In this document: in pieces, positions 45,942-55,059 of the stretch
How the letters are laid out: each line of letters opens with the position of its first letter
How positions within the stretch are numbered: position 1 is the first letter of the stretch
Assembly: GCA_964397755.1 (NCBI GenBank)
Contig: CAYNJY010000006.1
Coordinates: forward strand, 1 to 63,145
DNA: 63,145 bases
DNA from: an uncultured Gammaproteobacteria bacterium
GTDB lineage: Bacteria > Patescibacteriota > Microgenomatia > UBA10105 > UBA927
Reading direction: 5' to 3'
Notes under the pieces: model-generated
Seen by the model: only the letters and a program-made list of their open reading frames with translations
Database searches by the model: none
What the model was told of the DNA's origin: nothing
Position numbers and translations under genes: made by a program

Positions 45942-46274
45942 TTAGCGATCCTTCGCTCTACTTCCTCTACTTCTACGAAGAACGTCTGAAACTATTCGTA
46001 CTATCGTCACGGTCGACACGACGATACCGAAAAAAAGAAGCGAGAGGGTCGCTTTCGGATACGTGCCCCAATGTCTGTCGAGGTAGGTTCCTAAAAACGC
46101 CCCTCCGGCTATCGGCAGTGCGATAGTAAATCCAATTTCACCAATAAACCCAAGATAAAACAACCCGGAATCCGCGTCTTTTGTGCGATGCGATCTCTCT
46201 TCCCTCGCACGTTCTACAATCTTGTCCTCAGACAACTCAATGGTGTACCGGTCTACTATGCTCTGCTTTTTCAT
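45942..46274 (-). CDS. AtpZ/AtpI-family small membrane protein
   Basis: Two TM helices (GFIGEIGFTIALPIAGGAFLG and LSLLFFGIVVSTVTIV) immediately upstream of atpB. Confidence 0.65.
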   Translation of the reverse strand: MKKQSIVDRYTIELSEDKIVERAREERSHRTKDADSGLFYLGFIGEIGFTIALPIAGGAFLGTYLDRHWGTYPKATLSLLFFGIVVSTVTIVRIVSDVLRRSRGSRAKDR

Positions 46275-46305
46275 TGTACCCAAAAAATCAAGACTGCGTC
46301 AACCG

Positions 46306-49300
46306 TCAGTTTGTGTCTGGAATGCTCAGGGGGCGAACTGATTCGGCAAGAATGAGGAGACGATCCTCCTTCTCGTCCACACGGCCGCTTACCGTTACGA
46401 CCGTATCGGGATATAAGACATCCACCAACGAGGCATATACCTTGGGGAATACCACGACCTCCAGACTACCGTTTACATCTTCTAATTTCACAAACGCCAT
46501 CATGTTATTTCCGACCTTTGTGCTAATTTTCTTCACGGCCGTTATGATTCCAGTGACTGACACGCGTTCGCCCACGCGTTCATGTGTGATATCAGCAAGC
46601 TGTGTCCTACCTTCTTTAGGAAGTGCTTCTAAAATTGCTTCAAGGGGATGAGCGGTGAGATAGAATCCGAGAAGCTCTTTTTCATAGGACAAAAGCTGCG
46701 CATGTGACAACTCAGGTATATCTGGCAGACTAAAACGAGAACTTGTATGCTCCTCCCCGCCATCAAAAAGACTCACCTGACCAGATGCGACATGGCGCCG
46801 CGTCCTATGAACATCTTCCAAAAGCCCGGAAAACGCCGAGAGCATAGCTGCTCTTCTTCCAAATGAATCCATAGCCCCTGCCTTGACCAGGCTTTCGAGT
46901 GTTTTTCTGTTCACTTTTGACACGTCCACCCGATGGATAAAGTCCGAAAGACTACTGAAGAGCTTCTCGTTTCTCGCAGAAAAAATTGCTTCTATTGCTG
47001 CCTCGCCGACATTTTTAATGACCGAGAGCCCAAAACGGATTGTCCCTTCTTCTATGGTAAACTCGACCGATGAACGATTGATATCCGGAGGAAGGAGTGA
47101 CACCCTCATCCTCTTACACTCAGAAACCGACATGGCAATCTTTTCATCCCGGGCAGGGCCAGTGTTTGCCCGAGACTCCGCAGCCAGAACCGCAGTCATA
47201 TATTCAACGGGGTAGTTCGCCTTGAGGTAGGCGGTTTGGTAGGCAATCATCGCGTAGCAGGCGGCGTGCGCTTTGTTGAATCCGTAGCCGGCAAACGGTT
47301 CGATAAGTGTAAAAATTTCTTCAGCCTTTTCCCTCGTGAGTCCGTTTTTGACGCAGCCTTCAATAAACTTCTCTTTCTGCTTCTTCATCTCTGAAGGAAT
47401 TTTCTTTCCGACAGCTTTCCTCAATTTATCCGCGTCCCCCCACGAGTATCCGGCGAGGTTGATAGCGGTAAGGAGCACATCGTCCTGGTAGCAGATGAGT
47501 CCGTACGACTGGGCAAGTGCGTCCTTCAGCCTGTCATCTGGGTATACGATTGCCTTGGGGTTGTGCTTGCGCCGAATAAACTCCGGGATCACCTGCATCG
47601 GTCCCGGACGAAAAAGCGCGACCATCGCCATGAGGTCAAAAATTGTGGTGGGCTTGAGTTCCTTGATGTGGCGCCGCATGCCGGACGACTCAAGTTGAAA
47701 GACGCCGGTCGTTTCGCCGCTCGCGAGCATAGCAAACGTCTGGTCGTCGTCGAGCGGAATCTCATTGAGGCGGACAGAAACACCTCGTGTTTGGTGAATA
47801 AAAAAGAGCGCCTGCGAGAGAATCGTCAGGTTCCGAAGGCCCAAAAAATCCATTTTGAGAAGCCCCACCCCGTCCTCTCCCACCGTGTACATGTCATACT
47901 GCGTGACGATCTTCTCGCCCTTCGATTCGCGCTGGAGCGGTGTGTACTCTACAAGCGGCTTGTCTGCAATCACGACTCCCGCGGCGTGGACCGATGCGTG
48001 GCGCGCAACGCCCTCGAGTTTTCGGGCTACGTCAAGAAGACGTTTGGTCTCCGGTTCGCTTGTATAAGCAAGAGACAGTTCCAGCGACTGCTCGAGAGCT
48101 TTTTCGATTGTCATCGGAAACCCTTGAAAGCCGAGCGGGATCATCCGCGCAATCCGATCCGGTGCAACGTAGGGCATGCCGAGCGCCCGCCCGGTATCTC
48201 GGACAGCACCGCGCGCCTCCATGGTGCCGAACGTGATAATTTGCGCGACTTTCTCCTTGCCGAACTTCTGTGTCACGTAGGCAATCACTTCGTCTCTACG
48301 GTCATCGGCAAAGTCTAAATCAATGTCAGGCGGGCTCGGCCGCTGGGGATTGAGAAACCGCTCGAAGGGAAGTTTAAAAAAGAAAGGGTCTATGCCGGTG
48401 ATGCCCAGAATGTAGGAAACCACGGATCCGGCTGCCGACCCGCGGCCCGGCCCAACCGCAATCCCTTGCTCTTTGGCCCAGTTGACGAAATCGGCAACGA
48501 TCAGAAAATAGGTCGCGTAGCCTTTACTTCGTATGATATCAAGCTCGTAGCTAACACGCTCTGTAACCTCTTTCGTTCTCTTTGGGTACTTTTGACCAAT
48601 GCGTTCGTCGACCAGTTGCTTGATGTAATCATTCGGCGTGAGCCCATCGGGCAGCGGGTAATTCGGCAAGATCCAGTGGCCGACATCAAGAGAGATGTCA
48701 CACATCTCGGCGATCTTTGCGGTATTTTCGATAGCCTCCGGATACTGGATAAATAAGCCCTTCATCTCTTCGGGAGAACGCAGGTAAAAATCAGGGGAAT
48801 CGATCATGGTAAGCGGCCGATTTTTTTCAAGGATCGTGTGCTGGGTCTGAACACAGAGAAGTATTTCTTGGGCCTCGGCGTCTTCGGGGTCCACATAATG
48901 GACGTCGTTAGTGGCAACCAAGGGAAGCCCGAGCTTGCGGGAGAGGACAACAACCTTCTCGTTCACCTCGTCCTGCTCGGGAATCTTGGGGTGTTTCTGA
49001 ATCTCCAGGTAATAATGGTCACGGCCAAAAAGCTCTGCGTACTGGCTTGCGATTTTTTCCGCCTCGCTCTCCTTTCCTTCGCGAAGAAGCTGCGGTACCT
49101 GACCTTGAAGGCACGCGGATAAGCAGATGAGGCCTTCGTGGTGTTTCGTTAAAAGCTCCCAGTCGATCCGGGGGCGATAGTAGTATCCCTCAAGATGCGC
49201 GTGGGTGACGAGCTTCATGAGATTTTTGTATCCGGCTGCGTTTTTGGCAAGAAGCACCAAGTGATAGGGGTCAGTATCGACTTTGGCTTCTTTATCAAAA

Positions 49301-49527
49301 CGCGAGCGCTTGGCTACGTAGGTCTCCACACCAATGATCGGGTTCATTCCGGCAGCTTTGGCTTTGAGGTAAAACTTAAAAGCACCGTACATCGCTCCAT
49401 GATCGGTCAGGGCCATGGCATCCATGCCGAAGGAGCGCGCGCGCTCTATGAGGTGATCCAGCTTCCCCAATCCATCAAGAAGGGAAAACTCACTATGGAC
49501 GTGAAGGTGGACAAAATTTGCAGACAT
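46306..49527 (-). CDS. dnaE: DNA polymerase III alpha subunit
   Basis: PHP domain FVHLHVHSEFSLLDG, polymerase core (LGLLKMDFLGLRNL, GYGFNKAHAACYA) and an OB fold near the C-terminus. Confidence 0.95.
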   Translation of the reverse strand: MSANFVHLHVHSEFSLLDGLGKLDHLIERARSFGMDAMALTDHGAMYGAFKFYLKAKAAGMNPIIGVETYVAKRSRFDKEAKVDTDPYHLVLLAKNAAGYKNLMKLVTHAHLEGYYYRPRIDWELLTKHHEGLICLSACLQGQVPQLLREGKESEAEKIASQYAELFGRDHYYLEIQKHPKIPEQDEVNEKVVVLSRKLGLPLVATNDVHYVDPEDAEAQEILLCVQTQHTILEKNRPLTMIDSPDFYLRSPEEMKGLFIQYPEAIENTAKIAEMCDISLDVGHWILPNYPLPDGLTPNDYIKQLVDERIGQKYPKRTKEVTERVSYELDIIRSKGYATYFLIVADFVNWAKEQGIAVGPGRGSAAGSVVSYILGITGIDPFFFKLPFERFLNPQRPSPPDIDLDFADDRRDEVIAYVTQKFGKEKVAQIITFGTMEARGAVRDTGRALGMPYVAPDRIARMIPLGFQGFPMTIEKALEQSLELSLAYTSEPETKRLLDVARKLEGVARHASVHAAGVVIADKPLVEYTPLQRESKGEKIVTQYDMYTVGEDGVGLLKMDFLGLRNLTILSQALFFIHQTRGVSVRLNEIPLDDDQTFAMLASGETTGVFQLESSGMRRHIKELKPTTIFDLMAMVALFRPGPMQVIPEFIRRKHNPKAIVYPDDRLKDALAQSYGLICYQDDVLLTAINLAGYSWGDADKLRKAVGKKIPSEMKKQKEKFIEGCVKNGLTREKAEEIFTLIEPFAGYGFNKAHAACYAMIAYQTAYLKANYPVEYMTAVLAAESRANTGPARDEKIAMSVSECKRMRVSLLPPDINRSSVEFTIEEGTIRFGLSVIKNVGEAAIEAIFSARNEKLFSSLSDFIHRVDVSKVNRKTLESLVKAGAMDSFGRRAAMLSAFSGLLEDVHRTRRHVASGQVSLFDGGEEHTSSRFSLPDIPELSHAQLLSYEKELLGFYLTAHPLEAILEALPKEGRTQLADITHERVGERVSVTGIITAVKKISTKVGNNMMAFVKLEDVNGSLEVVVFPKVYASLVDVLYPDTVVTVSGRVDEKEDRLLILAESVRPLSIPDTN

Positions 49528-49530
49528 ACG

Positions 49531-50403
49531 TTACGTTCCTCTTAACTTTTGATACCAATCCGCAACGACAGCATTTCTACCACTTTTTTTTGCCTGGTAT
49601 AAGTTTGCGTCTGCTCTTTGATACACTGCCTCTAGTTGTGCCTGTTCCGTGAGTTTGCTCTCTCCTGTGTCGTCGCCTATAACAGCTATTCCAAAACTTG
49701 CGGTGATAGGTTCACTAAACTGAGCTCTAGTTCTTTGCGATAATTGTTTCTGCATATCTGACTCAATGGCCTTTCGCATTTCTTCAACGCGTTGAACCAC
49801 TGTTGTTTGCCAGTCTCCGCCGCTGGCCTCGACACCGGGGAGTACAAGCGCAAACTCTTCACCACCAAATCGCGCCACCATATCGTATCCGCGGCTCTTC
49901 TCACGAAGCATTATAACCAGTCCTCGAAGCACTTCGTCGCCTAGTGGATGACCATATGTATCGTTAATTTTTTTAAAATTATCGATATCCAAAAGTACAA
50001 CAACATCTACTGCTCCGGGTCGTCGATGTTTTATAAGGTTTAAGATAAAGGAGTCGAGTGCTCGTCTATTAAACGCACCGGTAAGTCCATCTGTAGCTGC
50101 TTCCTTCTGTAAAAAGAAAACTTCTTTCGAACGATCAATGGCTTCCGCTAGCGAAAGTGTACGAATTTTATCAAGACCCTTACCTCTCGTTGCTGGTAAC
50201 TCTAATAATTCAGGGATTCGTTCGCGCAGGGTGCCGTAATGTCTTGCCACAAGGTACCAAAAATGCTCATCTTTTCTCAGGTGTGGCGCAATATGAATTT
50301 TGCAATCTTCGGCTAGCCTCGGCAACAAGTTTATCAATCGATCGACTGTTGGCTGTGTCATAGGACGCGCTTCTAGTTTCAATACACTTGTGGTTTCTGA
50401 CAT
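49531..50403 (-). CDS. diguanylate cyclase (GGDEF domain) with uncharacterised N-terminal region
   Basis: DGLTGAFNRRALD, INDTYGHPLGDEVL and RFGGEEFALVLP active-site motifs. Confidence 0.85.
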   Translation of the reverse strand: MSETTSVLKLEARPMTQPTVDRLINLLPRLAEDCKIHIAPHLRKDEHFWYLVARHYGTLRERIPELLELPATRGKGLDKIRTLSLAEAIDRSKEVFFLQKEAATDGLTGAFNRRALDSFILNLIKHRRPGAVDVVVLLDIDNFKKINDTYGHPLGDEVLRGLVIMLREKSRGYDMVARFGGEEFALVLPGVEASGGDWQTTVVQRVEEMRKAIESDMQKQLSQRTRAQFSEPITASFGIAVIGDDTGESKLTEQAQLEAVYQRADANLYQAKKSGRNAVVADWYQKLRGT

Positions 50404-50463
50404 ATTCTCTGCTTTTCACCCGACGGGTAAGTTTTTATACCGCCTTTATACCTGAAAGGTGAT

Positions 50464-51849
50464 TTAGATTCGCACCCCTTCTTTTCTCTGTTTAAGAACT
50501 CCCATAATTCTCTTTTTCGCTTCCTCAGCCGAGCATTTTCCTTTCGTCTCTTTCATGACGTGCCCCACGAGAAACATGAGTGCTTGTTCTTTACCCTTCT
50601 TGTAGTCTTCCACTGCTTTGGGATTCTCCGCAAGGACGTGTTTGATCGTTTTCTCTAGCTCTTCACTAGATACAGAACGTGTCTGGGTTGATCGAGATAT
50701 CTGATCAACCAGTTGCGCTGGCGAGACGGCGCCCATGTCTACCTTCTTATTGATGAGCCAATTGGCTAACGCCTTCGACGTGAGTGATGCGTGAATGGGT
50801 TGATGCGTGAATGCGTCAAGGCAAGACTCAAAATATTTTGCTCTCTCACGCGTTTCCACAAGTATCGTCGCGTCATACTCACTCAACCCGTATTCCTTTA
50901 TAAATCGTTCTTTTTTCGCCTCCGGCAGTTCACCTATTTGAGATTTGAGATTCAAGATTTGAGATTCCTCCCATCTCATGGGAGGAATGTCCGGCTCCGG
51001 GAAGTAGCGGTAGTCGTGCGCCTCCTCTTTCTCCCGTTGCGCGACGGTTATTCCTTTTGCCTCCACAAACCCCCGCGTCTGTTGAGTTGGTTCTTCTCTT
51101 CGTTCAAGCATTTCCCTCTGCCGCTCAATCTCGTATTCAATGGCTTTCCTTGCAAACTTAAACGAGTTAATGTTCTTTATCTCCACTCGGTATTGAGGAA
51201 GTTTGTTTTCGTTTGCTATTTGGGATTTGCGCATTGATACCGAAGGTTCAATGCGCATGCTCCCCTTTTCCATATCCGCGTCAGAAATGTCAAGGTACCG
51301 GACGATCAGTTGAAGCTTTTTAACGAAAATATCTGCCTCCTCTACGGAACGAAAATCCGGCTCGGTCACAATCTCCACCAGCGGCACGCCCGAACGGTTA
51401 CAGTCAACCAGCGTCACTTTTTTTCCATCGACCGTGGTATGCAGGAGCTTCCCCGTATCCTCTTCCAAATGCACGCGCCGGATGCGCACCGTTTTTTCTT
51501 CAACTTTGAACTTTGAACCTTGAACTTTGAACTTAAACTTGCCCTCTTGGGCGAACGGCATATCGTATTGGCTTATCTGGAATCCTTTGGGAAGATCCGG
51601 GTAGAAGTAATGTTTGCGGTCAAACTTGGAAAGCGGCGGAATCTTGCATCCGAGAGCCAATCCCAACATGATCGTCCACTCCACGGCTGTTTTATTCGGT
51701 ACTGGTAGGGCACCCGGAAGCCCCAAACACACCGGACACGTAATCGTATTGGGCTCTCTCCCAAAATGATCCGCCGGACAGCCACAAAACATTTTGGAGG
51801 CAGTCTTAAGCTCGACGTGTATCTCAAGACCGATGACCGGTTCGTACAT
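50464..51849 (-). CDS. gatB: Asp/Glu-tRNA amidotransferase subunit B
   Basis: YEPVIGLEIHVEL, RVHLEEDTGK, YRYFPEPDIPP and a C-terminal GatB/YqeY domain. Confidence 0.95.
   Translation of the reverse strand: MYEPVIGLEIHVELKTASKMFCGCPADHFGREPNTITCPVCLGLPGALPVPNKTAVEWTIMLGLALGCKIPPLSKFDRKHYFYPDLPKGFQISQYDMPFAQEGKFKFKVQGSKFKVEEKTVRIRRVHLEEDTGKLLHTTVDGKKVTLVDCNRSGVPLVEIVTEPDFRSVEEADIFVKKLQLIVRYLDISDADMEKGSMRIEPSVSMRKSQIANENKLPQYRVEIKNINSFKFARKAIEYEIERQREMLERREEPTQQTRGFVEAKGITVAQREKEEAHDYRYFPEPDIPPMRWEESQILNLKSQIGELPEAKKERFIKEYGLSEYDATILVETRERAKYFESCLDAFTHQPIHASLTSKALANWLINKKVDMGAVSPAQLVDQISRSTQTRSVSSEELEKTIKHVLAENPKAVEDYKKGKEQALMFLVGHVMKETKGKCSAEEAKKRIMGVLKQRKEGVRI
50936..50970. repeat. heptamer tandem repeat (ATTTGAG)n inside gatB
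   Basis: ATTTGAG ATTTGAG ATTCAAG ATTTGAG ATTCCTC read directly. It is immediately followed by a perfect 8-bp hairpin, CCTCCCAT-CTC-ATGGGAGG (50967-50985). Confidence 0.8.
51502..51536. repeat. heptamer tandem repeat (AACTTTG)n inside gatB
   Basis: AACTTTG AACTTTG AACCTTG AACTTTG AACTTAA read directly. It encodes FKFKVQGSKFKV. Confidence 0.8.
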
Positions 51850-51858
51850 AGAGACAAA

Positions 51859-53277
51859 TTAACCATTATTTACCCAACTATTCCACTCGGTCGCCTGCTC
51901 AAAGGCATAGGCTACTCGAAGCATCTTTTCTTCCTGCCATTGGTTAGTCACGATATTAAGCCCCAAATAAAGGTTGGTGGCAGGATCTCGCCAGCACGGT
52001 ACGCTTATCCCTGGCATACCGGTAATAGAGGTCGGTTCAAGGAGCATATCTTCAAGTTCGCCAAACATCGGATTATCCTTGGAGGCACCCTGCGGCAAGG
52101 CGTAGCCAGGTGAGGTCGGAGAGACAAGGACATCATAGCGAGAGAACAAATCCGCAAAATTCTGCACATAGAGACTTCGCACTTGTTGCGCCCGAACGTA
52201 ATACTTATCGGCGTAGCCGCGGGTTAAGGTGAATGTCCCAAGCATGATCCGGCGTTTAGCCTCGGCACCAAAGTATGAGCGATCGTGGCCGTAACGAATC
52301 CCGTCGTAGCGGGCGAGGTTGCTACTCACTTCCGAGCGTTGGACGACAGTGTAGACAGATATAGCATAATCAGGCGTGAGTATTTTCCCGGGTTTGAGTT
52401 GATCGGACAAACCGACTTTCTCAACCTTCGCGCCAATATCCTCAAGGACATGAGCAGACGTGGTCACCGCAGTATCCACTACTGTGCTTTTAAGTTTTGG
52501 GTGATCAAGGTAACAGACGCCAACACGCAGTCCTTTGACTCCTCGACTAATATCCGTGGTGAAATCAAGAACAGGTCGCGCTGTTGTCGTTGCGTCATAC
52601 GGATCCTGACCGGCAAGGCAATTGAGAAGAAGCGCGCAGTCGCGAACGGTTTTACCCATGGGGCCGGGACTGTCAAGCGATGAGCCCATGGCGACAATGC
52701 CATAGCGGCTCACACGACCATACGTTGGTTTAAGACCGACAATGCCGCACCACGCTGCTGGCTGACGAATTGAACCTGCTGTTTCCGATCCAATCGCTGC
52801 CAAACACATGTCCGCGGCCACCGCTGCGGCTGAACCGCCAGAGGAACCTCCCGGCAAATGCGCCGGATTTCTGGGATTTTTTGTCGGGCCGAAGTCACTC
52901 GCCTCGGTGCTTGAGCCGTGCGCCCACGCATCCATATTGGTTTTCCCGACGACAACACCGCCTGCCTCCTTGAGCCTCTCTGTTACCGTCGATTCGTAAG
53001 GTGGCGTAAACCCGTCAAGAACTTTAGCCGAGGCGGTAGTCACTAAATCCCTGGTCAGGAAGTTATCTTTGACCGCAATCGGGGCGCCGGCAAGCAGTTT
53101 GTCAAGGCATTTTTCCGCCTTGACCACCGCTTCATTATCAAGGGCAAGGTAAACGTTCAGCTTGCCATTCTGATCGGCGATACCCTCATGGACATCGCGG
53201 TAGAGTTCGGCATGAGAAATCTCCTTTTTTCGAAGTTTCTCAATAGCCTCAACAAGCGTTAGCTTATTTAGCTTCAT
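51859..53277 (-). CDS. gatA: Glu-tRNA(Gln) amidotransferase subunit A
   Basis: Amidase signature GGSSGGSAAAVAA and GSIRQPAAWCGIVGLKPTYGRVSRYG. Start at the ATG for MKLNKLTLVEAIEKL. Confidence 0.95.
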   Translation of the reverse strand: MKLNKLTLVEAIEKLRKKEISHAELYRDVHEGIADQNGKLNVYLALDNEAVVKAEKCLDKLLAGAPIAVKDNFLTRDLVTTASAKVLDGFTPPYESTVTERLKEAGGVVVGKTNMDAWAHGSSTEASDFGPTKNPRNPAHLPGGSSGGSAAAVAADMCLAAIGSETAGSIRQPAAWCGIVGLKPTYGRVSRYGIVAMGSSLDSPGPMGKTVRDCALLLNCLAGQDPYDATTTARPVLDFTTDISRGVKGLRVGVCYLDHPKLKSTVVDTAVTTSAHVLEDIGAKVEKVGLSDQLKPGKILTPDYAISVYTVVQRSEVSSNLARYDGIRYGHDRSYFGAEAKRRIMLGTFTLTRGYADKYYVRAQQVRSLYVQNFADLFSRYDVLVSPTSPGYALPQGASKDNPMFGELEDMLLEPTSITGMPGISVPCWRDPATNLYLGLNIVTNQWQEEKMLRVAYAFEQATEWNSWVNNG

Positions 53278-53284
53278 AGTTTTT

Positions 53285-53593
53285 TTACTTTTCTTCAATA
53301 ACCTGACCAACGACAAAGAAGCCATTATGGACGGACTTTGCGTTCTTGAGTGCCTCCTCCTGCGTAAACACGCGTTCTACCTCCACCTCGTCCTTCCGAA
53401 ACACATTTTCAAACCCAGTCACCTGATGCGTCGGTTCAACCCCTTTTACATTGACCGTAAAGAGCTGATCAACAACTTTCATCGTGGTGTTAAAGCCATC
53501 GGCGAGCCTCTTCTTTTCCTCATCCGTAACGGGAATATTCGCGAGTGAAGCAACATGCTGGACGTCCTGTGGAGTAAACTTCGTGCCTTTCAT
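53285..53593 (-). CDS. gatC: Asp/Glu-tRNA amidotransferase subunit C
   Basis: About 100 aa with VQHVASLANIPVTDEE. The ATG at 53593 is chosen over the TTG at 53614. Confidence 0.85.
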   Translation of the reverse strand: MKGTKFTPQDVQHVASLANIPVTDEEKKRLADGFNTTMKVVDQLFTVNVKGVEPTHQVTGFENVFRKDEVEVERVFTQEEALKNAKSVHNGFFVVGQVIEEK

Positions 53594-53614
53594 AAAGTCA
53601 TTATAACGCAACAA

Positions 53615-54238
53615 CTACCGTGGGGGAACTGGAGAGGACAGAAGGTTACGTATCTTTTGCAACGACTGATCAATACGCTTTTTATCGAATACAACACCAT
53701 CCCAGCCTAATGCTCGGGCTGCTTCGACGTTTTCCTCCCTGTCGTCTATGAGAAATATCTCTTCATGGGTAACCTTTGCCAGTCGTTGGGCAATACGAAA
53801 AATCTCTGGTTCGGGCTTGATGACACCAAAGCGACACGATTCGATAACCGTTGTCCAGTGAATGTTCGGAATCTGACCCTTCTGGAGCGCTTTCTCGAAT
53901 ACGCCATGCTCTATGTTGGAGATGACACCAACCGGCATCTGTTGGGAGATACGTCGAACAAAGTCATGCACGTCAGGTACCGGCTCGAAAAAATCTGTCC
54001 ACAATTCGCCTATTGACCTTGCTTTATGGTGGAGGTCCAAATGACGCTTTAGCATTCGGGCGTACTCTGTAGGGTGTATCGTCCCCCGACAGGCCTCCAT
54101 CCAGTGACTGTCAAAAAACCGTTTTACTTCTTTTGGCGTCTTCTTGGCGTACTGGGCTAGCTTTCTCACGGCCGCATCGACGTCTATGATGACACGCCCA
54201 AGGTCAAAATAGACAAATCTAATCTGCTTTCGCTTCAT
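53615..54238 (-). CDS. HAD-superfamily hydrolase (subfamily IA-like)
   Basis: Motif I region VYFDLGRVII, motif III/IV FLIDDREENVEAARALGW. An alternative ATG at 54280 would overlap gatD. Confidence 0.7.
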   Translation of the reverse strand: MKRKQIRFVYFDLGRVIIDVDAAVRKLAQYAKKTPKEVKRFFDSHWMEACRGTIHPTEYARMLKRHLDLHHKARSIGELWTDFFEPVPDVHDFVRRISQQMPVGVISNIEHGVFEKALQKGQIPNIHWTTVIESCRFGVIKPEPEIFRIAQRLAKVTHEEIFLIDDREENVEAARALGWDGVVFDKKRIDQSLQKIRNLLSSPVPPR

Positions 54239-54272
54239 GAGTTTAGCTTTACACTTTCCAAGTGTAATAGGT

Positions 54273-55046
54273 TTACACATGTAACCTTTTTTCTATAAAC
54301 GCACGTGCGGAGGTCTCAAGGGCATCATCGAGTGGATGTAGGTGGATGTCGTGTGTACGATATTTTATGCGTAGAGACATTTGAATCAGCCAGTCAGCGA
54401 TGTGCGGGTTTTTAGGTAGGAGCGGCCCGTGGAAGTAGCTGCCGATTGAGTTTTTATAGATCGCCCCCTCCATGCCATCTTCACCGTTATTCCCATGTCC
54501 CTTGATGACTTTTGCCAGTGGCTTCATTTTCGACCCCAGATACGTCCGTCCGCCATGGTTTTCGAATCCTACAATGGTTTTTCTTGTCCATGAACCATGA
54601 ACCATGAACCATGAACTCAACTCAGCAACGACGTTCCCGATGAGTCTTTTCGCCTGATCACCAGGATGTTCAGTGTAAAGGTCAAATATGGACGCCCCTT
54701 GCAAGGGGTCCCCTTGATACGGCTTGTAATAGTGGCCCACAAACTGGTACGCCGCGCAGACAAACAAAGCCGGCGTTCCCGCCTCCACCATTTCCTTTAC
54801 CACTGGGCCTTTTTTCTTGAGAAAATCTTCTGCCGCAATCTTCTGCTGCCGATCCTGCGCCCCGCCCATGAAAAGAAGATCGCAAGATGTAAGATGTAAG
54901 AGTGGAGTTTCTAAAGTAATAGGAACGATTTCTGCGTCGATCCCACGCCACTCACAGCGCTTCTGAAGAACAATGACGTTGCCCCTGTCGCCATAGGTAC
55001 TCATCAAGTCTGGGTATAGCCAAGCAATCCGTAATAGAAGGTTCAT
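54273..55046 (-). CDS. gatD: lipid II isoglutaminyl synthase, glutaminase subunit GatD (CobQ-type GATase)
   Basis: AWLYPDLMSTYGDRGN, DLLFMGGAQDRQQ, VCAAYQF, VGFENHGGRTY and YFHGPLLPKN resemble S. aureus GatD as I recall it. Confidence 0.8.
   Translation of the reverse strand: MNLLLRIAWLYPDLMSTYGDRGNVIVLQKRCEWRGIDAEIVPITLETPLLHLTSCDLLFMGGAQDRQQKIAAEDFLKKKGPVVKEMVEAGTPALFVCAAYQFVGHYYKPYQGDPLQGASIFDLYTEHPGDQAKRLIGNVVAELSSWFMVHGSWTRKTIVGFENHGGRTYLGSKMKPLAKVIKGHGNNGEDGMEGAIYKNSIGSYFHGPLLPKNPHIADWLIQMSLRIKYRTHDIHLHPLDDALETSARAFIEKRLHV
54588..54615. repeat. perfect heptamer tandem repeat (CCATGAA)x4 inside gatD
   Basis: Four identical units read directly. They encode SSWFMVHGSW just before the conserved VGFENHGG. 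Confidence 0.85.
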
Positions 55047-55059
55047 AAATTTCTACTCT

